DNA from: an uncultured Porphyromonadaceae bacterium
GTDB taxonomy: Bacteria; Bacteroidota; Bacteroidia; Bacteroidales; Muribaculaceae
NCBI GenBank assembly: GCA_947176605.1
Contig: CAMWRH010000005.1
Span: forward strand, 810 to 64,809
Direction of reading: 5' to 3'
Length of the DNA: 64,000 nucleotides
Position numbers and translations under genes: made by a program. This document shows positions 38,762 to 48,405 of this stretch, one piece after another. Position 1 is the stretch's first letter. Every line of letters starts with the position of its first letter. The notes below the pieces were generated by a model. The model searched no databases. It worked only from the letters and a program-made list of their open reading frames with translations, and was not told where the DNA came from.

Positions 38762-38961
38762 TCGCACGCACCGGCCATACACTCCGGCCATGACCGCATA
38801 AACGCAGCCGCCTCCCCGATGGCGGGAGGCGGCCGCCTACGGCCGGAACCCCCAACAACTCAAAGACAAAAAAGCAAACATACCGAAGCCTCTTGTGGAG
38901 AAGGCCGGAGACGACCCCGGAATTCAGCCCGCAATGCTTCAAATCAACAATCAAAGTAGAA

Positions 38962-39579
38962 ATGCCAGGATTATTAGGAAAGAAAATCGGAATGACATCC
39001 GTTTTCAGTGCCGACGGCAAGAACGTGCCGTGCACTGTTATCGAAGTAGGTCCTTGTGTGGTTACTCAGATCAAGACTGTAGAGACCGACGGCTATGAGG
39101 CTGTGCAGGTGGGCTTCCAGGAGAAAAAGGAGAAGCACACCAACAAGGCAGAGGCCGGCCACTTCTCTAAAGCCGGAGTAGCTCCGCAGCGCCACTTGGC
39201 CGAGTTCAAGTCGTTTGAGACTGTGCCTGCCCTTGGTGAGACTCTCACCGTAGAGCTCTTCCAGGAGGGTGGCTTCGTCGACGTTGTCGGCACCAGCAAG
39301 GGTAAAGGATTCCAGGGCGTCGTGAAGCGTCACGGCTTCGGCGGCGTGGGTCAGGCTACCCATGGTCAGCACAACCGTCTGCGCGCGCCGGGTTCAATCG
39401 GTGCCTGCTCGTATCCCGCAAAGGTATTCAAAGGCCTCCGCATGGCCGGCCAGATGGGCAACGAGCGCGTGACCGTGCAGAATCTGCAGGTGATCAAAGT
39501 ACTGCCCGAACACAATTTGTTAATGATCAAGGGAAGCATTCCCGGTCCCAAAGGTTCAATCGTTTTAGTTGAGAAATAA
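38962..39579 (+). CDS. rplC: 50S ribosomal protein L3
   Basis: [12 protein letters not shown]...[15 protein letters not shown]. Start reassigned to the ATG at 38962. Confidence 0.98.
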   Translation: MPGLLGKKIGMTSVFSADGKNVPCTVIEVGPCVVTQIKTVETDGYEAVQVGFQEKKEKHTNKAEAGHFSKAGVAPQRHLAEFKSFETVPALGETLTVELFQEGGFVDVVGTSKGKGFQGVVKRHGFGGVGQATHGQHNRLRAPGSIGACSYPAKVFKGLRMAGQMGNERVTVQNLQVIKVLPEHNLLMIKGSIPGPKGSIVLVEK

Positions 39580-40205
39580 TGGAAGTAGCAGTTTATAACA
39601 TCAAAGGTGAAGATACCGGTCGCAAGGTGACCCTCAATGATGAAGTCTTTGGCCGCGACCTTACCGAGGGCAATGCAGAGCACACCCTCTATCTCGACGT
39701 AAAACAGTACCTTGGCAACCAGCGTCAGGGCACCCACAAGAGCAAGGAGCGCAGCGAGATCTCCGGTTCGACCCGCAAGCTGATCCGTCAGAAAGGCGGC
39801 GGCGGCGCACGTCGCGGCGACATCAACTCTCCGCTGCTGCGTGGCGGCGCCACAGTATTCGGCCCCCGTCCGCGCGACTACCGCTCGAAGCTCAACAAGA
39901 AGCAGAAGGCTCTCGCACGCCGTCTGGCCCTTACTTCAAAGGCACCCAGCATCGTCGTAGTGGAGAACTTCTCGTTCGACGCTCCGCGCACGAAGAGCTA
40001 CATGGAGCTGGCCAAGAATTTCAAAGTGGCCGACAAGAAGGTGCTCCTCGTGATGCCCGAGAAGGACGACAACGTGCTTCTGTCGGTGCGCAACGTTCCC
40101 AACGCGCTTCTGCAGCGCGCCATGGACCTCAACGCGTACACCGTGCTCAACACTGACGCTATCATCCTGACCGAGGACAGCGTGGAAGTTCTTAATCAAT
40201 TCTAA
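39579..40205 (+). CDS. rplD: 50S ribosomal protein L4
   Basis: [30 protein letters not shown]. Confidence 0.98.
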   Translation: MEVAVYNIKGEDTGRKVTLNDEVFGRDLTEGNAEHTLYLDVKQYLGNQRQGTHKSKERSEISGSTRKLIRQKGGGGARRGDINSPLLRGGATVFGPRPRDYRSKLNKKQKALARRLALTSKAPSIVVVENFSFDAPRTKSYMELAKNFKVADKKVLLVMPEKDDNVLLSVRNVPNALLQRAMDLNAYTVLNTDAIILTEDSVEVLNQF

Positions 40206-40223
40206 AGCAAGGAGACTACAGAA

Positions 40224-40514
40224 ATGAACATAGAGATCCGCCCTATCATGACTGAAAAGGCCACGGCCTACAGCGAGAAGCAGAATTGCTACACTTTTGC
40301 TGTGTCTCCGGACGCCAACAAGTTTCAGATCAAGGACATTGTGGAGAAGCTCTACAATGTGCGCGTAGTGAGCGTCAACACCGCCAACTACGCAGGCAAG
40401 CGTTCGCAGCGCTACACAAAGTCAGGGCTGCTTCGCGGCCGCAAACCGGCCTTCAAGAAGGCTTACGTGACAGTAGCCGAGGGTCAATCGATCGATTACT
40501 ATAGCAATATTTAA
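40224..40514 (+). CDS. rplW: 50S ribosomal protein L23
   Basis: PIMTEKA...[20 protein letters not shown]...KKAYVT. Confidence 0.97.
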   Translation: MNIEIRPIMTEKATAYSEKQNCYTFAVSPDANKFQIKDIVEKLYNVRVVSVNTANYAGKRSQRYTKSGLLRGRKPAFKKAYVTVAEGQSIDYYSNI

Positions 40515-40522
40515 ACGTTCCA

Positions 40523-41389
40523 ATGGCAGTAAAAAAATTCAAGCCCACTACTCCGGGCCAAAGACACAAGATTATTGGTGTGTTCAAACGCGAAGAGCAG
40601 GTCAAGCTCAACGGCGAGACCACAGTTCGCAAATCCACTGCTAACGCACCAGAAAAGTCTCTTATCGTCGGAAAACGTTCGACGGGCGGCCGCAACAGCT
40701 CAGGCCATCTGAGCACCCGCTACCGTGGCGGCGGCCATAAGAGAAAATTGCGTCTCATCGACTTCAAGCGTAACAACGACGGCATCGAGGCTGTGGTAAA
40801 GACCATCGAGTATGATCCCAACCGCAGCGCACGCATCGCCCTGCTGTACTACACCGACGGTTCGAAGGCATACATCATCGCCCCGAACGGTCTGGAGGTA
40901 GGCCAGAAGGTGGTAAGCGGTCCGGATGCAGCCCCCGAAGTGGGCAACACCCTCCCGCTGTCGAAGATCCCCGTAGGTACGCTCATCCATTGTATCGAAC
41001 TGCGTCCCGGCCAGGGTGCCAGCATGGCCCGTTCAGCCGGTACGTTCGCTCAGTTGACTTCCCGCGAAGGTGACTACGCGATTATCAAACTTCCTTCGGG
41101 CGAAACCCGCAAGGTGCTTCTTTCATGCCGTGCTACGGTAGGTGTCGTTGGCAACAGCGAGCACTCACTGGAGTCGAGCGGTAAGGCCGGCCGCAGCCGC
41201 TGGCAGGGACGTCGCCCCCACAACCGTGGTGTGGTAATGAACCCTGTCGATCACCCGATGGGTGGTGGTGAGGGCCGTCAGAGCGGCGGTCACCCGCGCT
41301 CTCGCACAGGTCTTTATGCCAAGGGCCTGAAGACCCGCTCGCCGAAGAAACATTCTTCGAAGTATATCATTGAAAGAAGAAAGAAATAA
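40523..41389 (+). CDS. rplB: 50S ribosomal protein L2
   Basis: [12 protein letters not shown] and [17 protein letters not shown]; carries an N-terminal insertion. Confidence 0.99.
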   Translation: MAVKKFKPTTPGQRHKIIGVFKREEQVKLNGETTVRKSTANAPEKSLIVGKRSTGGRNSSGHLSTRYRGGGHKRKLRLIDFKRNNDGIEAVVKTIEYDPNRSARIALLYYTDGSKAYIIAPNGLEVGQKVVSGPDAAPEVGNTLPLSKIPVGTLIHCIELRPGQGASMARSAGTFAQLTSREGDYAIIKLPSGETRKVLLSCRATVGVVGNSEHSLESSGKAGRSRWQGRRPHNRGVVMNPVDHPMGGGEGRQSGGHPRSRTGLYAKGLKTRSPKKHSSKYIIERRKK

Positions 41390-41414
41390 TATCAGATAAA
41401 AGAAGAAGACAACT

Positions 41415-41684
41415 ATGAGTCGTTCGCTTAAAAAAGGACCATTTATCAGCGTAAAGCTCGAAAAGAAAGTGGCTGCGATGGAGGAAAGCGGCAAAAAGTC
41501 TGTGATCAAGACCTGGAGCCGTGCCTCTATGATATCGCCTGATTTCGTAGGCCACACTTTCGCAGTGCACAATGGTAACAAGTTCATACCTGTCTACGTG
41601 ACTGAAAACATGGTGGGTCACAAGCTCGGCGAGTTCGCCCCGACACGTACCTTCCGTGGCCACGGCGGCAACAAGAAGAAATAA
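41415..41684 (+). CDS. rpsS: 30S ribosomal protein S19
   Basis: [10 protein letters not shown]...KTWSR...MVGHKLGEF. Confidence 0.99.
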   Translation: MSRSLKKGPFISVKLEKKVAAMEESGKKSVIKTWSRASMISPDFVGHTFAVHNGNKFIPVYVTENMVGHKLGEFAPTRTFRGHGGNKKK

Positions 41685-41723
41685 TGGCCCTAATCACTAA
41701 AGAATAAAAAGACACAATATACA

Positions 41724-42128
41724 ATGGGTGTAAGAAAAAGAAACTCAGCAGACGCCATTAAGGAGGCCCGCAAGAGCGAATATTTCGCCAAGCTCCGTAA
41801 TGTGCCTACCTCGCCCCGCAAGATGCGCCTCGTCGTAGACATGGTGCGCGGTCAGGAGGTGTTCAAGGCTCTCGGCATCCTTAAGTTTTCGAATAAAGAG
41901 GCATCTAACCGCGTGGAGAAACTCCTCCGCTCGGCTATCGCCAACTGGGAACAGAAAAACGATCGCAAGGCCGAGGCTGGCGAGCTTTACGTGAAGACTA
42001 TCTTCGTCGACGCAGCTCCGATGCTGAAGCGCCTGCGTCCCGCACCGCAGGGGCGCGGATACCGCATCCGCAAGCGCTCCAACCATGTGACTCTGTTTGT
42101 GGATACTATTAATAACGATAAAGACTAA
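41724..42128 (+). CDS. rplV: 50S ribosomal protein L22
   Basis: [10 protein letters not shown]...[11 protein letters not shown]...KRSNHVT. Confidence 0.98.
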   Translation: MGVRKRNSADAIKEARKSEYFAKLRNVPTSPRKMRLVVDMVRGQEVFKALGILKFSNKEASNRVEKLLRSAIANWEQKNDRKAEAGELYVKTIFVDAAPMLKRLRPAPQGRGYRIRKRSNHVTLFVDTINNDKD

Positions 42129-42136
42129 TTCGCAAG

Positions 42137-42868
42137 ATGGGACAGAAAGTTAATCCGATAAGCAACCGTCTGGGCGTAATCCGCGGTTGGGACTCCAACT
42201 GGTACGGCGGCAAGAAATACGGCGAGACTCTCCTGGAGGACTCCAAGATCCGTAAATATCTCCGCACTCGTCTTGCAAAGGCAAGCGTATCGAGAATCAT
42301 CATCGAGCGCACTCTCAAGATGGTCACTGTGACTATCTGCACTTCCCGCCCCGGCATGATCATCGGCAAGGGCGGCAAGGATGTCGACGCACTGAAGGAA
42401 GAGCTCAAGAAGCTCACCGGCAAAGAGGTGCAGATCAACATCTATGAGATCAAGCGCCCCGAACTCGATGCTGAAATCGTGGCAAGCAACATCGCACGTC
42501 AGATTGAGAACAAGGTGGCTTACCGCCGCGCCATCAAGATGGCAATCCAGTCGACAATGCGCATGGGCGCCGAGGGCATCAAGGTGCAGGTGTCGGGCCG
42601 TCTGAACGGTGCCGAAATCGCACGCTCCGAGATGTTCAAGGAGGGCCGCACTCCGCTGCACACTCTCCGCGCCGACATCGACTACGCTCTGGTAGAGGCA
42701 CTCACCAAGGTGGGTATCCTCGGCGTGAAGGTGTGGATCTGCCGCGGTGAGATCTATGGCAAGAAGGAGCTCACTCCCTCTTACGCCATCGATGTCAAGG
42801 AGCCGGCACGTCCGCAGGGCGGCGGCCGCAAGGGCGGTTTCCGCAACAAGAAAAACAACAATCGTTAA
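42137..42868 (+). CDS. rpsC: 30S ribosomal protein S3
   Basis: MGQKVNP...[12 protein letters not shown]...[11 protein letters not shown]. Confidence 0.99.
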   Translation: MGQKVNPISNRLGVIRGWDSNWYGGKKYGETLLEDSKIRKYLRTRLAKASVSRIIIERTLKMVTVTICTSRPGMIIGKGGKDVDALKEELKKLTGKEVQINIYEIKRPELDAEIVASNIARQIENKVAYRRAIKMAIQSTMRMGAEGIKVQVSGRLNGAEIARSEMFKEGRTPLHTLRADIDYALVEALTKVGILGVKVWICRGEIYGKKELTPSYAIDVKEPARPQGGGRKGGFRNKKNNNR

Positions 42869-42893
42869 TCCATCCCCCCAACAGAGATAAATC

Positions 42894-43325
<432 letters not shown>

Positions 43326-43549
43326 TACTTACCGCCCCGGGGGCATCGCCCCGTGCAGATGGCCCCGGAGCGCCCGATAACCCGACGGCACTTCCGCCCC
43401 GGCTCCGCAGGAGAGGGGGGGAGGTGCCGTCGGCCGTATCCGGCGGAATATGCCGGCGGATGGCTTAAAATAGTGTAATAACTGTCGGAATGCACTGTTG
43501 TGCAGCACATAAATAAAGTGAAAAGTGCGGAAATGTCAGATATTTGCAT

Positions 43550-43557
43550 TAATTTTG
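43550..43557 (+). promoter_or_regulatory. Internal -7 promoter element upstream of rpmC
   Basis: TAATTTTG in an AT-rich stretch 77 nt before rpmC, inside a 309-nt intergenic gap. Confidence 0.65.
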
Positions 43558-43634
43558 CAGCCGAATTGGATTTCATGCATGGTGGCGTGAACAGCGCCTT
43601 CATGTGCAAACCCGATAAACCGAGATAATTAAAA

Positions 43635-43841
43635 ATGAAAAAGGAAGAAATCAAGGAATTAAGCATTCCCGAACTGCGTGCCAGCATCGAGGCCGCCGAG
43701 AAGGCTTATCGTGAATTGAAAGTAACGCACGCGATTACTCCCATCGACAATCCCTCGAAGATCACCAAAGATCGCAAGGCGATTGCCCGCTTGAAGACCG
43801 TGCTGCGTCAGAAGGAACTTGCCGAGGCAGCTTCCAAGTAA
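43635..43841 (+). CDS. rpmC: 50S ribosomal protein L29
   Basis: EIKELS..EL...NPSKI...RKAIARLKTV. Confidence 0.96.
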   Translation: MKKEEIKELSIPELRASIEAAEKAYRELKVTHAITPIDNPSKITKDRKAIARLKTVLRQKELAEAASK

Positions 43842-43869
43842 TCCACCCCAATTTTAAGTATTTGAAAAA

Positions 43870-44130
43870 ATGGAAGAAAAGAGACATTTGAGAAAAGAAA
43901 GAATCGGGGTCGTTTCCAGCAACAAGTGCGACAAGACCATCACTGTCGAGATCAAGTGGAAAGAGAAACACCCCATCTATGGTAAGTTTGTCAACAAGAC
44001 AAAGAAGTACCATGCCCATGACGAGAACAACGAGTGCTCTGTAGGCGATACAGTGCGCCTGATGGAGACCCGCCCCCTGAGCAAGACCAAGAGATGGAGA
44101 CTGGTAGAAATCATCGAAAAAGTTAAGTAA
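43870..44130 (+). CDS. rpsQ: 30S ribosomal protein S17
   Basis: [14 protein letters not shown]...HPIYGK...HDE...[11 protein letters not shown]. Confidence 0.99.
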   Translation: MEEKRHLRKERIGVVSSNKCDKTITVEIKWKEKHPIYGKFVNKTKKYHAHDENNECSVGDTVRLMETRPLSKTKRWRLVEIIEKVK

Positions 44131-44132
44131 TT

Positions 44133-44498
44133 ATGATACAGAGTGAATCACGTTTGACAGTTGCAGATAACAGTGGTGCGAAAGAAGCACTCTGCATTCA
44201 TGTACTTGGCGGAACCGGTCGCCGTTACGCTTCGGTAGGCGATATTATCGTAGTGACTGTAAAGAGCACTATCCCCTCTTCCGACGTGAAGAAGGGCACA
44301 GTCAGCAAGGCTGTCGTAGTGCGTACGAAGAAGGAAGTGCGCCGTCCCGACGGCAGCTACATCCGTTTCGACGACAACGCCTGTGTGCTCCTCAACAATG
44401 CCGGCGAGCTTCGCGGCACACGTATCTTCGGCCCGGTAGCCCGTGAGCTCCGCGCCACCAACATGAAGATCGTTTCGCTCGCTCCCGAAGTACTTTAA
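44133..44498 (+). CDS. rplN: 50S ribosomal protein L14
   Basis: VADNSGAK...FDDNACVL...[12 protein letters not shown]. Confidence 0.99.
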   Translation: MIQSESRLTVADNSGAKEALCIHVLGGTGRRYASVGDIIVVTVKSTIPSSDVKKGTVSKAVVVRTKKEVRRPDGSYIRFDDNACVLLNNAGELRGTRIFGPVARELRATNMKIVSLAPEVL

Positions 44499-44526
44499 TA
44501 TCCCCCTATCAGTAAAGTAAGAAACA

Positions 44527-44847
44527 ATGGCAAAATTACATATCAAAAAGGGCGATACGGTCTTTGTAAACTCTGGCGACGACAAGGGTAAGACAGGCCG
44601 TGTGCTCGAAGTGCAGCCCAAAAAGCAGCGCGCCATCGTGGAGGGCGTCAACATCATCTCCAAGAGCATGAAGCCCAATGCGAAATATCCCCAGGGTGGC
44701 ATCATCAAGATGGAAGCCCCCCTCCATATTTCCAAACTCAACCCCATCGACCCCAAATCAGGCAAGCCGACCCGCGTGGGCCGCAAGCTCAACGACGATG
44801 GTAAGCTGGTAAGAATCGCTAAACGTTCAGGAGAGGAGATTAAGTAA
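44527..44847 (+). CDS. rplX: 50S ribosomal protein L24
   Basis: IKKGDTV...GDDKGKTG (KOW motif)...EAPLHISK. Confidence 0.98.
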   Translation: MAKLHIKKGDTVFVNSGDDKGKTGRVLEVQPKKQRAIVEGVNIISKSMKPNAKYPQGGIIKMEAPLHISKLNPIDPKSGKPTRVGRKLNDDGKLVRIAKRSGEEIK

Positions 44848-45392
44848 TGGCAACTACACTTGGTAAAGACTATAAGGAACGCATCGTTCCCGAGCTCCAG
44901 AAGGAGTTCAACTACAGCACTGTGATGCAGGTGCCCCGCCTGGAGAAGATCGTGATCAACCAGGGTCTCGGCGCTGCCACTCAGGATAAGAAACTCATCG
45001 AGACTGCCCTCAACGAGATCACGGCCATCACCGGCCAGAAGGCTGTGCCGACCCTCTCGAAGAAGGATATCTCCAACTTCAAGCTGCGTAAGAAAATGCC
45101 CATCGGCGTGATGGTGACTCTGCGCAAGGACAAGATGTACGAGTTCCTCGAGCGTCTCGTTAAGGTGGCTCTGCCCCGTATCCGCGACTTCAAGGGTATC
45201 AACTCCAAGCTCGACGGCCGTGGCAACTACACGCTCGGCATCACTGAGCAGATCATCTTCCCCGAGATCAATATCGACAACGTGCCGAAACTTCAGGGTA
45301 TGAACATCACTTTCGTGACTTCAGCCCCCACCGACGAAGAGGGCTTCGCCCTGCTCAAGAAGTTTGGCCTTCCCTTCAAACACGAAAAATAA
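44847..45392 (+). CDS. rplE: 50S ribosomal protein L5
   Basis: PRLEKIVIN...ITGQKA...LPRIRDFKG...DGRGNY. Confidence 0.99.
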   Translation: MATTLGKDYKERIVPELQKEFNYSTVMQVPRLEKIVINQGLGAATQDKKLIETALNEITAITGQKAVPTLSKKDISNFKLRKKMPIGVMVTLRKDKMYEFLERLVKVALPRIRDFKGINSKLDGRGNYTLGITEQIIFPEINIDNVPKLQGMNITFVTSAPTDEEGFALLKKFGLPFKHEK

Positions 45393-45402
45393 TCCCTGAG
45401 AT

Positions 45403-45705
45403 ATGGCAAAAGAATCAATGAAAGCCCGTGAGGTGAAGCGCCAGAAGATGGTAGCAAAGTACGCTGCCAAGAAGGCCGCCCTCAAGAAGGCCGCTCTGGC
45501 TGATGCCGACGGCAACATCGATTACGAGGCACTCACAAAACTACAGAAGCTCCCGAAGAACGCTTCGAAAGTGCGTCTGCACAACCGTTGCGAGCTCACT
45601 GGCCGTCCGAAAGGTTACATGCGCCAGTTCGGCATCTCCCGTATTCAGTTCCGCGAGATGGCTTCCGCAGGTCTGATCCCTGGCGTGAAGAAAGCAAGCT
45701 GGTAA
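45403..45705 (+). CDS. rpsN: 30S ribosomal protein S14 (long, non-zinc type)
   Basis: [29 protein letters not shown]...PGVKKASW. Confidence 0.98.
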   Translation: MAKESMKAREVKRQKMVAKYAAKKAALKKAALADADGNIDYEALTKLQKLPKNASKVRLHNRCELTGRPKGYMRQFGISRIQFREMASAGLIPGVKKASW

Positions 45706-45773
45706 TCTGTCACGGTCAATATCCGGCGCCGCAGCAATCTGCCCGCGGCGAATCAGATAGAACCACAACATAC

Positions 45774-45814
45774 GAAGCCCCCTGCAGCACATATACCGTG
45801 CCGCAGGGGGCTTC
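45774..45814 (+). terminator. Strong hairpin after rpsN (putative terminator or processing site)
   Basis: GAAGCCCCCTGC/GCAGGGGGCTTC 12-bp stem; the U-tract is weak. Confidence 0.5.
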
Positions 45815-45939
45815 CGTCATTTCCGCCCGTCACGCTTTACCTCTGCCTTATCGGCAGGCGCGGCAGCCGTTTTTAAGGAGATTTTGCGTGACGGAAATCT
45901 TTTGTCAGCAAATATAGTGGAAGAGTGGGATTTTTTTTG

Positions 45940-45994
45940 TAACTTTACCATCTCATTCAAAAGATTTGACTGACTTTCTTTAGATTTAATTCTG
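45940..45994 (+). promoter_or_regulatory. Candidate promoter(s) for the arg leader and operon
   Basis: Near-consensus -7 elements TAACTTTA (45940-45947) and TAATTCTG (45987-45994; TTTG at 45965-45968 is 18 nt upstream). Confidence 0.45.
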
Positions 45995-46033
45995 CCGCGT
46001 CTCCGTTATCACGCGGGCGTGGCGGCAAATGAG

Positions 46034-46180
46034 ATGAATATAATTTGCGACAATATATCGGTGTGCTCCCGCATGGAGCGTCAGCTGCCGGCCTTCGTGA
46101 GGAAGGTGGCCGCTGTGGTGTGCCGTGTCGCTACGGCTGAAAGCCGATTCCGACGACGAAGCCGATGTCTGAGCTTATAA
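46034..46180 (+). CDS. Putative arginine-sensing leader peptide (48 aa)
   Basis: MNIICDNISVCSRMERQLPAFVRKVAAVVCRVATAESRFRRRSRCLSL*. Codons 38-44 are CGA TTC CGA CGA CGA AGC CGA. It is located immediately upstream of the arg operon. Confidence 0.7.
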   Translation: MNIICDNISVCSRMERQLPAFVRKVAAVVCRVATAESRFRRRSRCLSL

Positions 46181-46409
46181 TCCGCCAGACGCACAATTTT
46201 CGACGTGTCTCCCCCTTAAAATACCCAGGGGGCAGCCTATGGTCAGGCCGGCTGTCGGGATACCGCAGATTTTATGTATCCGACGCTTAACCATCCGCCA
46301 ACAGCCGACCGCAATACAGGTTCTTACAGAGTAAAAAATCGGGACAACAGCGCCGCCGAACGGCGTAAATCCCTTCAGTATATTCCAATCAATTTTCGGA
46401 AACACAGAA

Positions 46410-47033
46410 ATGGACATCAAAGACATCACTGTCAAGTTTGCCGAACCCCACGAAAAGGTTTATTCAGAGCTTATCGTAAGGCTGATTTACGAATCGGCCC
46501 TGCAGCGAGGCACCGGCATTGCCAAACGTACGCCCGAATATATCGAGCAGAAAATCACGAGTGGCAAAAGTGTGGTAGCACTGCATGGCGACCGCCTGGT
46601 GGGATTCAGCTACATCGAGAGCTGGGGTCATGGAGATTTCGTGGCAACATCCGGATTGATTGTCGACCCAGAATACCGCCATCTTGGCCTTGCCGGCGCC
46701 ATCAAGGCGAAAACATTCGAGCTGGCTCGACTTCGATTCCCCTTTGCCAAACTATTCTCCATTACCACTTCGCTTCCGGTAATGAAACTTAACTCGCGCA
46801 TGGGCTACAAACCCGTGACATTCTCCGAACTGACCGACGACGAAGAGTTCTGGCAAGGGTGCGAGGGGTGCAGAAACTACGACATACTGCAGCGCAACAA
46901 CCGCCGCATGTGCCTGTGCACCGGGATGCTCTTCGATCCGCAGCAGCCGCTGCCTCCCGAAGAGCGTCCGAATCCGCTTGTGCTCAAGCTGAAAAACGGT
47001 CTCAACCGTATTTTCCATCTGAAAAGACGGTAA
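46410..47033 (+). CDS. GNAT family N-acyltransferase (candidate ArgA-equivalent, glutamate N-acylation)
   Basis: GTGIAKRTPEYI, SGLIVDPEYRHLGLA (acyl-CoA motif A) and FWQGCEGCRNYDIL...MCLCTGML; first gene of the arg operon. Confidence 0.8.
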   Translation: MDIKDITVKFAEPHEKVYSELIVRLIYESALQRGTGIAKRTPEYIEQKITSGKSVVALHGDRLVGFSYIESWGHGDFVATSGLIVDPEYRHLGLAGAIKAKTFELARLRFPFAKLFSITTSLPVMKLNSRMGYKPVTFSELTDDEEFWQGCEGCRNYDILQRNNRRMCLCTGMLFDPQQPLPPEERPNPLVLKLKNGLNRIFHLKRR

Positions 47034-47148
47034 TGTTTCACCTCAGGTCCGCGCATCCGCAGGCGCCTCATCAACGGCAGCCACATCCGAAGCAATGGAA
47101 ATCCCGGAGGGGCAACCCCACGCACGGACTGCAAAAATCGAAATCGCA

Positions 47149-48405
47149 ATGGACATCAACAACACCAGCACTCCCAACGAGGGAAAAGACAACAGCAAGA
47201 AGAAAAAGAAAGTGCTCCTCGCATTTTCAGGCGGACTCGACACATCGTTCGCAGTAAAATACCTCTCGGAAGAACTGGGCTATGAAGTACACACCGCCAT
47301 AGCCAACACCGGAGGATTCTCCGACGAAGAGCTCGCAGCAATCGCCGAACGCTCCCGCCGGCTGGGCGCCGCATCGCACGCCACACTCGACGTGACACAG
47401 GAATACTACGACAAAAGCATACGCTACATGGTGGCCGGCAACGTGCTCCGCAACGGCACATACCCCATCTCCGTAAGTTCAGAGCGCATATTCCAGGCCA
47501 TCGCCACAATCAACTATGCCAAAAAAATCGGAGCCGACGCAATAGCCCACGGCAGCACAGGAGCCGGCAACGACCAGGTGCGCTTCGACCTCACATTCCA
47601 GATACTCGCTCCCGAAATCGAGATAATCACCCCCACACGCGACCTTACCCTCACACGCCAGTATGAGATCGACTACCTCAAAAAGCATGGCTACGAGGCC
47701 GACTTCAAAAAGATGGAATACTCCATCAACAAAGGGTTGTGGGGCACATCCATCGGCGGCAAAGAGACACTGCATTCCGACCAGACACTCCCCGAAGAGG
47801 CATACCCCTCGCAGGTGACCGCCCACGAGCCCGAAGAGCTCACCATCTCATTCGAAAACGGCGAAATCTCAGCAGTCAACGGCAAAAAATACGATGAAAA
47901 GATCGCCGCAATCCGCGAAGTGGAGCGCATAGGCAGCCGCTTCGGAATAGGGCGCGACATGCACATCGGCGATACGATCATCGGCATCAAGGGGCGCGTA
48001 GGTTTCGAGGCCGCCGGACCGATACTGATCATCGCCGCCCACAAGATGCTCGAGAAGCACACGCTCACCAAATGGCAGCAATACTGGAAAGACCAGGTAG
48101 GCACGTGGTACGGTATGTTCCTCCACGAGGCTCAGTATCTCGACCCGGTGATGCGCGACATCGAGAGCATGCTCGAAAGTTCGCAGCGCAACGTCACCGG
48201 CACCGTCTCGCTCATACTGCGCCCCTACAGCTACACCCTCGTGGGAGTCGACACCCCCTTCGACCTGATGAAGACCGACTTCGGCGAATATGGAGAAGTC
48301 AACAAAGCCTGGACTGCCGACGATGTGAAAGGATTCACCAAAATCATGGGCAACCAGATGAAAATCTATCACAACAACCAGGTCAAAAACGGCAAAGCCG
48401 AATGA
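47149..48405 (+). CDS. argG: Argininosuccinate synthase
   Basis: LAFSGGLDTS, AHGSTGAGNDQVRF and GIKGRVGFEA. The likely start is 47149; the ORF track gives 47095. Confidence 0.97.
   Translation: MDINNTSTPNEGKDNSKKKKKVLLAFSGGLDTSFAVKYLSEELGYEVHTAIANTGGFSDEELAAIAERSRRLGAASHATLDVTQEYYDKSIRYMVAGNVLRNGTYPISVSSERIFQAIATINYAKKIGADAIAHGSTGAGNDQVRFDLTFQILAPEIEIITPTRDLTLTRQYEIDYLKKHGYEADFKKMEYSINKGLWGTSIGGKETLHSDQTLPEEAYPSQVTAHEPEELTISFENGEISAVNGKKYDEKIAAIREVERIGSRFGIGRDMHIGDTIIGIKGRVGFEAAGPILIIAAHKMLEKHTLTKWQQYWKDQVGTWYGMFLHEAQYLDPVMRDIESMLESSQRNVTGTVSLILRPYSYTLVGVDTPFDLMKTDFGEYGEVNKAWTADDVKGFTKIMGNQMKIYHNNQVKNGKAE

Noticed and set aside
46033-46048. ARG-box-like sequence TGAATATAAT at the leader start
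   Set aside because: It matches only one half of TGnATwwwwATnCA, has no tandem second box, and there is no argR in the window. ArgR elsewhere in the genome cannot be excluded.
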